Source: Macrostomum hystrix (lineage: Eukaryota; Animalia; Platyhelminthes). Taken from it: a DNA stretch of 64,000 nucleotides. A model generated the notes under the pieces. That model saw nothing but the letters and a program-made list of their open reading frames with translations. It was not told where the DNA came from and made no database searches. Each line of letters begins with the position of its first letter. Position 1 is the first letter of the stretch. Made by a program: the position numbers and the translations under genes. The DNA lies in NCBI GenBank assembly GCA_950097015.1, contig CATNEN010000001.1, positions 5,890,001 to 5,954,000 on the forward strand, written 5' to 3'. Shown here one piece after another: positions 41,947-53,178 of the stretch.

Positions 41947-42198
41947 AAGGGCGAATAGCTCAGTCAGTAAGATGTCGGACTCTGGATCAGATGGTCCTGA
42001 GTTCGACTCTCGACCTAGTCAAGAACTATTCGTGCAGCCTTTGGCAAGCAGCTTTGCCATGATGTGCTCACAGTCTACTCAGCTCTGTGCGGCAATTCAG
42101 TGGGGTTTGCATGCTGCCGATATGTATCGAAAAATTCCATAGCTAACACGCGGCAGTCAACCGGTGTCCGAGAGAGCCGGGGATTAAATTAATTACAT
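41947..42198 (+). mobile_element. tRNA-derived CORE-like SINE, divergent copy
   Basis: tagctcagtcagtaag A-box, gttcgactc B-box, gcctttggcaagc CORE-like segment, attaa-repeat tail. Confidence 0.65.
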
Positions 42199-42331
42199 TA
42201 GTTATTAAATTAGGATTAGATTAAAAGCGTTTCAGTGGAGTCCAGGATACCAAGTGTTGATGAAACATTATTTTCATTGTATTCAGCATAATTCTAGTCC
42301 ATCAAATATACATGATGAATGGAGGCGGCAG

Positions 42332-43051
42332 CTAAAGCATGATGACATTATCCGGATCACTAGTGACAGTTAGTGCATTACTAAGCGGCGGTGCAGTTGC
42401 TTCCAATGGACCGATACGCGGCGGCAAAGGTTTATCGGCAGGGTCGCTACAGCTGGCCGATGATGACTGAGTCGCCGCTACTTCAGCAACTCCCGATTTT
42501 AAAGGATCGGTTTCTATTGAAAACGCTGGCTGTGCAGTTGTTTCGCTTATATTATTAGTAAACGGCTGCGTCTCGGCGGCATCCCTGCACTGATCAGGTG
42601 AAGGCTTGTTTATTGTTGACCTAAATGTTCGTCTGCGCAGCTTCAAAATAACAATCAGGATGAGAACACCACTAAGAAATATCAGGACTAAAGGTACAGA
42701 TATACCTAATATCATAATCGTTTGTTTAAATTGATCTTCTTTATTTAAATTGTATATTGACGTTGTTGACACAGTCGTAGCTTCAACATAGTGCGGTGAG
42801 CGAGTAGATGAAAACGGACGCCTAAAACAATCGCCGGCTAAGTGTAGCTGGGCGCACTTTGTCTGCCAAAATGACGTCATAGCTGATTGATCGACAAAGG
42901 CTGATGTACATTCTACAGGGCATGTATCGCATTGTTGTGTGCCAGAGTTGAAGTACCAATCTTTTGGACAAAGGCCTCCGCAATATATTAATTGAATAAA
43001 TAAGAGTACTGCGAATAAGGCAATACTTCCCGATGTAAAATTGCATACCAT
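42332..43051 (-). CDS. TNF-receptor-superfamily-like type I membrane protein with one BCMA/TACI/Grindelwald-type cysteine-rich domain
   Basis: ATG at 43051, hydrophobic signal peptide, CPKDWYFNSGTQQCDTCPVEC...C...C, Ser/Thr stalk, TM ILGISVPLVLIFLSGVLILIVIL then KLRRR, and a Pro/Ser-rich tail of about 100 aa. Confidence 0.65.
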   Translation of the reverse strand: MVCNFTSGSIALFAVLLFIQLIYCGGLCPKDWYFNSGTQQCDTCPVECTSAFVDQSAMTSFWQTKCAQLHLAGDCFRRPFSSTRSPHYVEATTVSTTSIYNLNKEDQFKQTIMILGISVPLVLIFLSGVLILIVILKLRRRTFRSTINKPSPDQCRDAAETQPFTNNISETTAQPAFSIETDPLKSGVAEVAATQSSSASCSDPADKPLPPRIGPLEATAPPLSNALTVTSDPDNVIML

Positions 43052-43214
43052 TAATATCGTTTGTCTGAAAAAAGCAGTTGATAACAATTGAACAAAAAAC
43101 TGTATTGCAGTAAAGACTTAAGACACAGAAATACTTGAGCTCAATTCTAATATTTATAAACTTATAAAACTATAGCTAAAATCCAAGGGATTCCGACTAT
43201 GATTCCTTGAGTCT

Positions 43215-43570
43215 GAGATTGGGATTCCTTGGATTGGGATTCCTAGTATTTGGATTACTCGGATTGGGATTCCTCGGATTGGGATTCCTCGGATTGGGAT
43301 TCCTAGTATTTGGATTACTCGGATTAGTATTCCTCGGATTGGGATTCCTCGGATTGGGATTCCTAGGATTGGGATTCCTCGGATTGGGATTCCTCGGATT
43401 GGGATTCCTCGGATTGGGATTCCTCGGATTGGGATTCCTCGGATTAGGATTCCTAGGATTGGGATTCCTCGGATTGGGATTCCTCGGATTGGGATTCCTC
43501 GGATTAGGATTCCTCGGATTGGGATTCCTCGGATTGGGATTCCACAGATTGGGATTCCTCGGATTCCTAG
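43215..43570. repeat. 15-bp minisatellite
   Basis: Unit ggattgggattcctc. Confidence 0.95.
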
Positions 43571-44204
43571 ACTGAAGTATGGGATTCGGATTCCGCATCG
43601 GTTTAAAAGCTTTTTGTGTCCTAGAGTATCGGTATTAGGACTTCTTAAGATCTTTTACACTATGTGTAAACTCGACCGCTTAACCGTTTATAACGAGCGT
43701 TAACTGCTACACTACGTGTATATCGTCAAAATGTGTTTTTTAAGTAAAATTTTAACAGACAACAAATTCAACTCGTTAGAGAAAACAAAACAATTGAACA
43801 AAACAACATAAAGCACGTATATTAATTTCATTTAAACTTTAATTGCACAATTTGCTTAATTATGAAATGTATGTAAGTCGATAGAGCAAATAATTAAATA
43901 CATCATTTTTGGCGCGAACTGCTACCTTTTTTAAATAGCAAAGACAGCAAAAACAGCTGTTACTGCAAGAATAAAATGGTAAATAATTCGCACGTTTGAA
44001 GCTATTAAAAATGCGTTAAGTAACTTATTACTTAAAATAGGAAAAAAGAAAATAATTTTGCATTAAATGCTTGCTAAAAAAACTACTTAGCAAGTGCGTT
44101 GTAGATAAAAACACAAAACAACATATAAAGCACACGATTTCGCGTTAAAAAAATAAATAAATAAACAAAAATTTTTTTTTTAATTTTATGATCTAAGATC
44201 GTAG

Positions 44205-45495
44205 GAAGTCTAAGATTTGGATTCCAAAAGTATAGGATTTGGATACCTTAAGTCTAGGATTTAGATTCCAAAAGTCTAGGATTTAGATACCTTAAGTCTA
44301 GGATTTAGATTCCAAAAGTCTAGGATTTGGATACCTTAAGTCTAGGATTTGGATACCTTAGGTCTAGGATTTGGATACCTTAAGTCTAGGATTTAGATTC
44401 CAAAAGTCTAGGATTTAGATACCTTAAGTCTAGGATTTAGATTCCAAAAGTCTAGGATTTGGATACCTTAAGTCTAGGATTTAGATTCCAAAAGTCTAGG
44501 ATTTAGATACCTTAAGTCTAGGATTTGGATTCCTAAAGTCTAGGATTTGGATACCTTAAGTCTAGGATTTGGATACCTTAAGTCTAGGATTTAGATACCT
44601 TAAGTCTAGGATTTAGATTCCAAAAGTCTAGGATTTGGATACCTTAAGTCTAGGATTTGGATACCTTAGGTCTAGGATTTGGATACCTTAAGTCTAGGAT
44701 TTAGATTCCAAAAGTCTAGGATTTAGATACCTTAAGTCTAGGATTTAGATTCCAAAAGTCTAGGATTTGGATACCTTAAGTCTAGGATTTAGATTCCAAA
44801 AGTCTAGGATTTAGATACCTTAAGTCTAGGATTTGGATTCCTAAAGTCTAGGATTTGGATACCTTAAGTCTAGGATTTGGATACCTTAAGTCTAGGATTT
44901 AGATACCTTAAGTCTAGGATTTGGATTCTAAAAGTCTAGGATTTAGATTCCAAGAGTCTAGGATTTAGATTCCAAAAGTCTAGGATTTAGATACCTAAAG
45001 TCTAGGATTTGGATACCTAAAGTCTAGGATTTGGATTCTAAAAGTCTAGGATTTAGATTCCAAGAGTCTAGGATTTAGATTCCAAAAGTCTAGGATTTAG
45101 ATACCTAAAGTCTAGGATTTGGATACCTTAAGTCTAGGATTTAGATTCCAAGAGTCTAGGATTTGGATACCTAAAGTCTAGGATTTGGATACCTAAAGTC
45201 TAGGATTTGGATACCTTAAGTCTAGGATTTAGATTCCTAAAGTCTAGGATTTAGATTCCAAAAGTCTAGGATTTGGATTCCTAAAGTCTAGGATTTGGAT
45301 ACCTAAAGTCTAGGATTTGGATACCTAAAGTCTAGGATTTAGATACCTAAAGTCTAGGATTTGGATACCTTAAGTCTAGGATTTAGATTCCTAAAGTCTA
45401 GGATTTGGATTCCTAAAGTCTAGGATTTGGATACCTAAAGTCTAGGATTTGCAGGATTTGGATTCCTCGAGTATCAGGATTGGGATTCCTCGAGT
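44205..45495. repeat. 22-bp minisatellite immediately downstream of the RRM gene stop
   Basis: Unit aagtctaggatttggatacctt / aagtctaggatttagattccaa. Confidence 0.95.
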
Positions 45496-45523
45496 CGGAT
45501 TTTTCCTGACTTTAAATTCCATT

Positions 45524-46109
45524 TCAGTGCTGATGTTGGCTTAGACTCATGGCGGCTATCAGCCTAGCAACCGATTCCTCAGTCGATTGAGCACCTATGC
45601 ACTGCCTCTCGCGGCACGGCATTTTCAGATAATCCATCGACTTGAACCACCTAATAGCTTCAGGCGGGTCAGACAGAGTTGACAAAGCGACAATGCGAGT
45701 CGAATAATTATGGTGCTTAGCAGTTGACGAACTTAACAGACGCGGGTGAGCGGTCGACAGCATCAGCCTGTAGCCATCCATGAGCAGCAGATCCGGATTA
45801 ACGCTATCCACGCTAGACAATAAGGCGTTAGCCTTATTTTTGTCAGCGAATGTAACAAAGCCTATTTGTTTCCGAGTCACGATGAAGACAGAATGCACGG
45901 CGCCGAATCTATCGTAGAAAAACTGACGCAGACTAACCAATGTAGCATTGGGCGGGAGATTTTGTACACAAATACGCAGGCCATTGTTATTGCTACTGCC
46001 AGTAGTATATTTCGTAGAGTTCAATTGACGATACCGGTCCACAAGCAGTGGCCGGCCCATGATTTGATGCAGGCCAGGCCAGTCTAGGACACGTTTAGCC
46101 TCCTCTGGT
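45524..46109 (-). CDS. Two-RRM RNA-binding protein, exon 2
   Basis: Completes RRM1 (RPEEAKRVL...HQIMGRPLLV) and encodes RRM2 (RICVQNLP...IGFVTFAD); acceptor cccag, phase 2. Confidence 0.8.
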
Positions 46110-46136
46110 CTGGGTACGAAAGAGGTCTCGCAATGT

Positions 46137-46255
46137 TAATTAATTGGTAGTAGGTACTTTTCTATGGACTGAGGGGGGACGCCACACCTACCTTTTATTA
46201 ACCCCAGCTAATACTGGTTCCCATAGTGAAATATCTAAGGCAAGGACACAATTTC
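46137..46255 (-). mobile_element. SINE family B fragment (RRM gene intron)
   Basis: Reverse complement: tgtgtccttg...gggaaccag...gctgggg...ggtgtggcgtcccccc. Confidence 0.55.
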
Positions 46256-46325
46256 TTCCAGCAGAAATTATTTAAATAAAAGAAAATCATGATTTCTGCT
46301 ATGATAATATTAGTTTGGATTAATA

Positions 46326-46450
46326 ACGTGTTTGCCTCTCGCACCAATGTCCCAGAGCTCGATTCCGCGGCGACTCCACATTTATTTTGTGAAATTGTCG
46401 TGCAATTTACGCCTTTGAGGGCTTTACTAACAAGGAGGAAATGGTCAGGA
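46326..46450 (+). mobile_element. SINE family A fragment (RRM gene intron)
   Basis: gtttgcctctcgcaccaatgtcccagagctcgattccgcggcg. Confidence 0.65.
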
Positions 46451-46497
46451 TTTACCAAACCAGTTAAATGAATATAGTTGATGTTTCTTCAATTTAC

Positions 46498-46703
46498 CTG
46501 GCAAAGGTGACAAATCCAAAGCCCCTAGCTCCGGCTTTGAGTTGAGTGACGCGGCCAAACGCTGAGAAGTAGTCAATGAGCTGCTCAGCGGGTATATTGT
46601 TGCTTACATTAGAGATGAATAAGCGGCAAGAGTCATCGGGGCAATCAGTAGGCATTGTAGATTTCTCGGTATAGTCACGACCAACCAGTTTGCGAGGCTG
46701 CAT
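46498..46703 (-). CDS. Two-RRM RNA-binding protein (hnRNP A/Musashi/TDP-43-like RRMs), exon 1
   Basis: RNP2 LFISNV and RNP1 RGFGFVTF; donor gtaaat; spliced product about 263 aa. Confidence 0.8.
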
Positions 46704-47383
46704 TATCAAATGTGTTTTTTTATCAGCTGAAACCAAAAAACACAGTAGACTAATTACACATTCAGGTTAACTTAGGCTGCAAAAATTTAACCAAAGCATT
46801 ATTCTAGAATGTTTAGTAATTAAAAGAATGATAAGACAAGTCAATCTTACACAAAATAAATATGCTCCCAAGGTCTGTTTTTGGCTTCAAGCCCAGGCTT
46901 GTTTAATTTACGCTTGCATTTTTAAAGGTCGAATAATTTTTTAACAATGCATACTACTTGCTAGTAGCATGTTAATGAAAGTGCTTGAAAATAAATATCT
47001 AATTGGTAATATTAACTGCCACTTTTTATTACTAATCAAGCAGGTTTCGGTAGAGACAGTAGGGTGTTAAAAAAGAAACAATGAAGCGACAAAGACTAAC
47101 CAATTACCAATGAAAATAGTTTAGAGCAAAAAAAGCTTATTAATCAGAAGATTTAATAAAAGTAATAAGTTTTTAACAAGCAAAGGCATGAAATTCAAGC
47201 AGAATAAAATCCTGATTTAAATTAATGACTAAACTAGGCAATATACTCCAAGGCATGTTGACATTGCTCGAAAACATGACAAAAAATAAAAAATTCACTT
47301 CTGGATGATTGCAGAAGAATTTAAATTCCTAGGATTCGAAATCGCGAGCTAATATAAATCTAACAAACCCAACACGTTTATTT

Positions 47384-47460
47384 GGGGACCATTGGCGCAG
47401 CGGATAACGAGTCTGATCAGTCTATTGCACGGAAGGTCCCGGATTCGAACCCATCAACAG
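47384..47460 (+). pseudogene. tRNA(Arg)-like remnant or SINE head
   Basis: gaccattggcgcagcggataacgagtctga...ggattcgaaccc has A and B boxes but no intact cloverleaf. Confidence 0.45.
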
Positions 47461-48164
47461 GCTAATCATAATATATAATTTGTTTGCCTATCTGCACTTC
47501 GAAGCATCTGCACTTTGATAAGAGCTTAACTTATCCTGCACAATGAATGTAGTACACAGCCTTGACAATGAGCAAGTCAGGACTTTATAATCCCAGGATA
47601 TCTTAGTAAGCTAAATAATTCAATAGGCAAGAACTGCATGTTGGGAAAACAGAAAAAAATGAACTCAAGCAGTTTAGTTGCAATCACCACACTCACACAG
47701 CAAAGTAACAAACCAATTAACCCAAGCCCAAATTTAAATTTCAGAATGCAGAGAAGTTTAAGGCGCTGAAAACTATTTCCCTAGCAGTCAGTCAGACAAG
47801 ACAAATAGCAGAAAAATGCAAATGTCAGATAATTCGCAAAAACAATGCTGTCAAAGCGCAGGTATTAGAGAGACATTAGCAAATAAACAAAAAGTTGACA
47901 AGATTTGTTATCTGATGTTCAAGCGCAAGTATTTTGAAGGTAGATAAAAAACAAAAAGCCAGAATTCCAAAGCACCCACCGTTTTGCAAAATTCTAATGC
48001 AAAAATTTATGCAAGCATGCATATTACTCTACTAAACTAAGTAGAATATACTTTTAGAAGAAAGCTAAAATAAATGTAGATGACGATATGTATCGAAAAA
48101 TCCTGGATTTACACAAAAATAATTAAACTGACACGCAGGGCAGATTTGTTGAACAGGGCAAAGA

Positions 48165-48443
48165 TCAGAGCGTCCTTCGTGGCCGTCTGGCTGGTGGAGG
48201 TTCCGGAGTGCCAGACGATGAGGAAGACTGCCCAGCGTCTATAGCGTCACGACCATCACCACCTGGCTGATCGTCGCTGTCATCGTCGCTATCGTCGTCG
48301 ATTTCAAAGTCGTCATCCTCATCATCATCGTCATCTTCTTCGTCGTCGGTATTGGATGAGGCAGATGCGTCGCCGTCTTCTTCTTCTAAGTCGGCAATGT
48401 CGTCGGCTAACTCTAACATTTCGGCGAGTTCGCGAGCGTTAAC
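48165..48443 (-). CDS. DCAF1: DCAF1/VprBP, last exon (acidic tail)
   Basis: Acceptor gagcag; Asp/Glu-rich C-terminus in frame with the previous exon. Confidence 0.8.
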   Translation of the reverse strand, partial: VNARELAEMLELADDIADLEEEDGDASASSNTDDEEDDDDDEDDDFEIDDDSDDDSDDQPGGDGRDAIDAGQSSSSSGTPEPPPARRPRRTL

Positions 48444-48485
48444 CTGCTCATAGAGGGATTAGGAACATCAACTTGGTCAATAGTA

Positions 48486-48695
48486 GGGGGGGGTCAGAAG
48501 CAGAGCGGTTAACGCGTTTGCCTCTCGCAATAAAGTCCCTAAGCCAGCGATGACACATTAATTTGGGGCGCAGCCGCAGAGAGAAGGCTTGGGAAATTGT
48601 CGCACAATTTACGCCTTTGAGGACCAGCCTCCGAGGCACAGTGAGATGTAAACTGCCTGACGATAAAAAGGTCAGGGCAGATGTACACACATATG
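48486..48695 (+). mobile_element. SINE family A copy (last DCAF1 intron)
   Basis: gcagagcggttaacgcgtttgcctctcgc...ttggggcgcagccgcagagagaaggctt...gtcagggcagatgtacacac. Confidence 0.75.
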
Positions 48696-49359
48696 TACAT
48701 AAATTAGGTAAATATCCCCCTGACAATTTTTATAGCCACAACCGAACGGAGCAACGCACGAAACTTAAGAACGTAGGCCAAATTTTTTTTGCGAAAATTT
48801 TCCGAAAGAATAATCAAGTCGCCAGCTCTTCAGACCGTCGGGATATTCAATGGTTCTGGCCGAAGGTCTGATTTTTCCCATAAGCGCTAGTGTATTTCAT
48901 TTAAGAATTAGCACTGCGCCTCAGTGCGGCCTTGCCAGGCCTTTAAAATCTATCAGATTCGTCTCCATCATCTCCTCCGTCTTCTACGTCTTCGGTGGTC
49001 ACCTACCTTTACCTCTAGACGAATCTGCTGGACCATCAATGGCTACAAGGTGGAACTAGGCCATGGACAGGCCTAGGACTATGGACAGCCTGACGCGAAT
49101 TTCTTCTTTTCACTGATCAAGCCTAAATATTAGGCGGTGCTCAACCACAGGACACCCTCGCCTAGTCTGTCAACCAATCAGTTACCACCGAACTCTGTTA
49201 GCATTCAGGCGCTGCCAAAAAATGCAAGGAAATTCCTTCCCCTTGGTTTAAAAACGGGCGGGAAAATGCTTGCTAGTCCTATTTTAATATTTCACTAATA
49301 TTATAGTCTATGGTAGAAGGGTGGAGATGAATGTAAGTAATAAACATTCGATCACACAC

Positions 49360-49752
49360 CTGCACATCTCCGTCATCGTCATCGTCATCATCGTCGTCAT
49401 TATCTTCGTCATCTTCATCCTCGTCATCCTCGTCGTCATCGTCGTCCTCGTCCATAGTTTCATTGGGCATAGCCTGCTCGTTCTCATCCTCCGTGTCCTC
49501 GTCGACGCCGCGTTCCTCTTCGTCCTCCTTGCGCTTGCCAATCTGGTACAGGCGGACTAGGGATAATTCTTCGTTGAGAACGTCGTCAGTTGCGGTGCAT
49601 TCGCACACGGCCAAATAGTCGTTGTGCGCGTCGATTGTCATGGATCGAATTCGACGCTTCAAATCAACGGACGCAATCAGACTGTAGTCGCGAGCGTCCA
49701 GTGTGCGAAAGATTGTCCACAGAGACGGATTTAACTGGTCTGGGGCGTGCAA
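49360..49752 (-). CDS. DCAF1: DCAF1/VprBP exon (end of WD40, start of acidic tail)
   Basis: FRTLDARDYSLIASVDLKR...YLAVCE...VRLYQIGK resembles DCAF1 FRTFNATDYKPIATIDVKR; an alternative in-frame acceptor lies at 49734. Confidence 0.88.
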
Positions 49753-49993
49753 CTGTTGTTTTGGGATTCGAAAGCGAGATGTGAAATGCCTGATGACAGA
49801 TTATGAAAGCTTTTGCCTCTGATCCACTGGTCTATTTTAATTTAAAAGCCGCACAAGTAGTATCTCCAGAACTTTTTTAAAAAGTTCTTAGTCTACAACT
49901 ATTGATCCTGTCTCTGATCAGTGTTAAATATTTATTTTTATAAACAGCAAAGAACAGCAAAAAAACTAATAATTCACAACCGATTGTAAAACA

Positions 49994-51882
49994 TCGACAC
50001 TTCAACCCCATGACCGCATTCTAAGAAATCGAAACTTCAACCCCATGACCCATTCTAAGAAATCGAAAATTCAACCCCATGATCCATTCTAAGAAATCGA
50101 AAATTCAACCCCATGACCCATTCTAAGAAATCGACACTTTAACCCCATGACCCATTCTAAGAAATCGACACTTCAACCCGATGACCCATTCTAAGAAATC
50201 GACACTTCAACCCCATGACCCCATTCTAAGAAATCGACACTTCAACCCAATGACCCATTCTAAGAAATCGACACTTCAACCCTATGACCACATTCTAAGA
50301 AATCGAAAACTCAACCCCATGACCCATTCTAAGAAATCGACACTTTAACCCCATGACCCATTCTAAGAAATCGACACTTCAACCCAATGACCCATTCTAA
50401 GAAATCGACACTTCAACCCCATGACCCCATTCTAAGAAATCGACACTTCAACCCAATGACCCATTCTAAGAAATCGACACTTCAACGCCATGACCCATTC
50501 TAAGAAATCGACACTTCAACCCCATGACCCCATTCTAAGAAATCGACACTTCAACCCAATGACCCATTCTAAGAAATCGAAAACTTAACCCCATGACCCA
50601 TTCTAAGAAATCGACACTTTAACCCCATGACCCATTCTAAGAAATCGACACTTTAACCCGATGACCCATTCTAAGAAATCGACACTTCAACCCCATGACC
50701 CCATTCTAAGAAATCGACACTTCAACCCAATGACCCATTCTAAGAAATCGACACTTCAACCCTATGACCACATTCTAAGAAATCGAAAATTCAACCCCAT
50801 GACCCATTCTAAGAAATCGACACTTCAACCCCATGACCCATTCTAAGAAATCGACACTTCAACGCCATGACCCATTCTAAGAAATTGACACTTCAACCCT
50901 ATGACCACATTCTAAGAAATCGAAAACTCAACCCCATGACCCATTCTAAGAAATCGACACTTTAACCCCATGACCCATTCTAAGAAATCGACACTTCAAC
51001 CCAATGACCCATTCTAAGAAATCGACACTTCAACCCCATGACCCCATTCTAAGAAATCGACACTTCAACCCAATGACCCATTCTAAGAAATCGACACTTC
51101 AACGCCATGACCCATTCTAAGAAATCGACACTTCAACCCCATGACCCCATTCTAAGAAATCGACACTTCAACCCAATGACCCATTCTAAGAAATCGAAAA
51201 CTTAACCCCATGACCCATTCTAAGAAATCGACACTTTAACCCCATGACCCATTCTAAGAAATCGACACTTTAACCCGATGACCCATTCTAAGAAATCGAC
51301 ACTTCAACCCCATGACCCCATTCTAAGAAATCGACACTTCAACCCAATGACCCATTCTAAGAAATCGACACTTCAACCCTATGACCACATTCTAAGAAAT
51401 CGAAAATTCAACCCCATGACCCATTCTAAGAAATCGACACTTCAACCCCATGACCCATTCTAAGAAATCGACACTTCAACGCCATGACCCATTCTAAGAA
51501 ATTGACACTTCAACCCTATGACCACATTCTAAGAAATCGAAAACTCAACCCCATGACCCATTCTAAGAAATCGACACTTTAACCCCATGACCCATTCTAA
51601 GAAATCGACACTTTAACCCGATGACCCATTCTAAGAAATCGACACTTCAACCCCATGACCCCATTCTAAGAAATCGACACTTCAACCCAATGACCCATTC
51701 TAAGAAATCGACACTTCAACCCTATGACCACATTCTAAGAAATCGAAAATTCAACCCCATGACCCATTCTAAGAAATCGACACTTCAACCCCATGACCCA
51801 TTCTAAGAAATCGACACTTCAACGCCATGACCCATTCTAAGAAATTGACACTTCAACCCCATGACCCATTCTAAGAAATCGA
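49994..51882. repeat. 34-bp minisatellite in a DCAF1 intron, with higher-order blocks
   Basis: Unit ccattctaagaaatcgacacttcaaccccatgac; degenerate copies continue to about 52160. Confidence 0.96.
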
Positions 51883-52196
51883 CTAGTTTTACTAAATAAC
51901 CGATTCTAAGAAACAGATTAGCATTAATCGCTACGCGATGCTAAAAAACGATTAGTTAAACCCCATAAACCGATTCTAAGAAAAAGGATCGGCTTTACCT
52001 ATGACTTTTCTAAGAAACCGATTCGTTCTAACCCACAAACCGATTCTATGAAACCGATTAGTTCTACCCCGTAAACTGATTCTAAGAAACCGATTCGTTC
52101 TACCCCGTAAACTGATTCTATGAAACCGATTAGTTCTACCCCATAACTGATTCCAAGAAATTAAAACAGGACCAGCCAAAAGCAGGTGAAACAAAC

Positions 52197-52505
52197 CTCA
52201 TCGTCGTCCCAGAGGCAGCTAGCGCCGAAGATGGCGTCACCGCTAGCCGCAAATTGGATCTCCATCTGCTCCAAAGAAGGCACGGTGTTCAACAAGCGAA
52301 ATGAGCGCAGATCCCAAACTTCGCTGCTGATGACAATCTCTAAACAGTTGGGATGAAAGACGCCAGAGATGAGGTTTTGAAATTTGTCAAATTTGTGCAC
52401 CCAACGATTAGCGCTTCGCACGTCCCATAGTACGCCGTCGTTCAGCACCAGATTTCCGTCGGCATTGAATACAGCCCGATTGCGCAGGTAGTCGTTTGAG
52501 GCCTC
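52197..52505 (-). CDS. DCAF1: DCAF1/VprBP exon (WD40, WDxR motifs)
   Basis: NRAVFN...LVLNDGVLWDVRS..HKFDKF...GVFHPN.LE..I.SEVWDLRSF.LL.TVPSL. Confidence 0.95.
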
Positions 52506-52730
52506 CTAAGTGAAGAGTGTGATAAGGACGTGTTTAATTTACTACGTTTTTCGATACATATCGGTGGCTGAAAATAAATCAAGTAATATTATGAACTTTT
52601 CGATACATATCGGCACTTAAAAATCTACCCAGTTTAAAATGATTAATTATGCTACGGACCAATTGAAATCCACAAAAACAAAGACAGATACTAAAAGAGA
52701 GGCACTTAATGATATGGATAGGTTACTAAC

Positions 52731-53178
52731 CTGATCGTACAGCTCAACGACGCTAGTCTTAGACTCAATATCGTAGATGCAGGCTGCATTACTTTTAGTA
52801 GCCAGAATGCGCGACAAACTGCACGGATCGAATTCGACAAAAGTCTCTTCGTCCAGATCCATTATACGGAAGCGATCGATGTCGTATTCGTCAGCCGAGA
52901 CAGTTTCGGTTGGATAAGCGAACAGACTCGAGCTGGGATTGCCCCAGCCGGTGCAGACGGCCATGAGTGTCTCGGATTTGTTGACATTGATGAAGCTAGG
53001 CGATGAAATATTGTCGCTAACACTCCAGGTGCACAGTTCTTGACCACTGACATGATCGACGCATTTCACTCGGCCACCGGTTGAGCCAATCAGGAGGCGG
53101 CCGCGTTTTGTTAGCAATTTGCAGCAGCTGTAGGGCGAGTCCTCCAATGGGCAGCGGAATGTGCGAACCGGCTTGAAG
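52731..53178 (-). CDS. DCAF1: DCAF1/VprBP exon (WD40)
   Basis: (R)FKPVRTFR...ACIYDIE; phase is consistent with the neighbouring exons. Confidence 0.88.
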
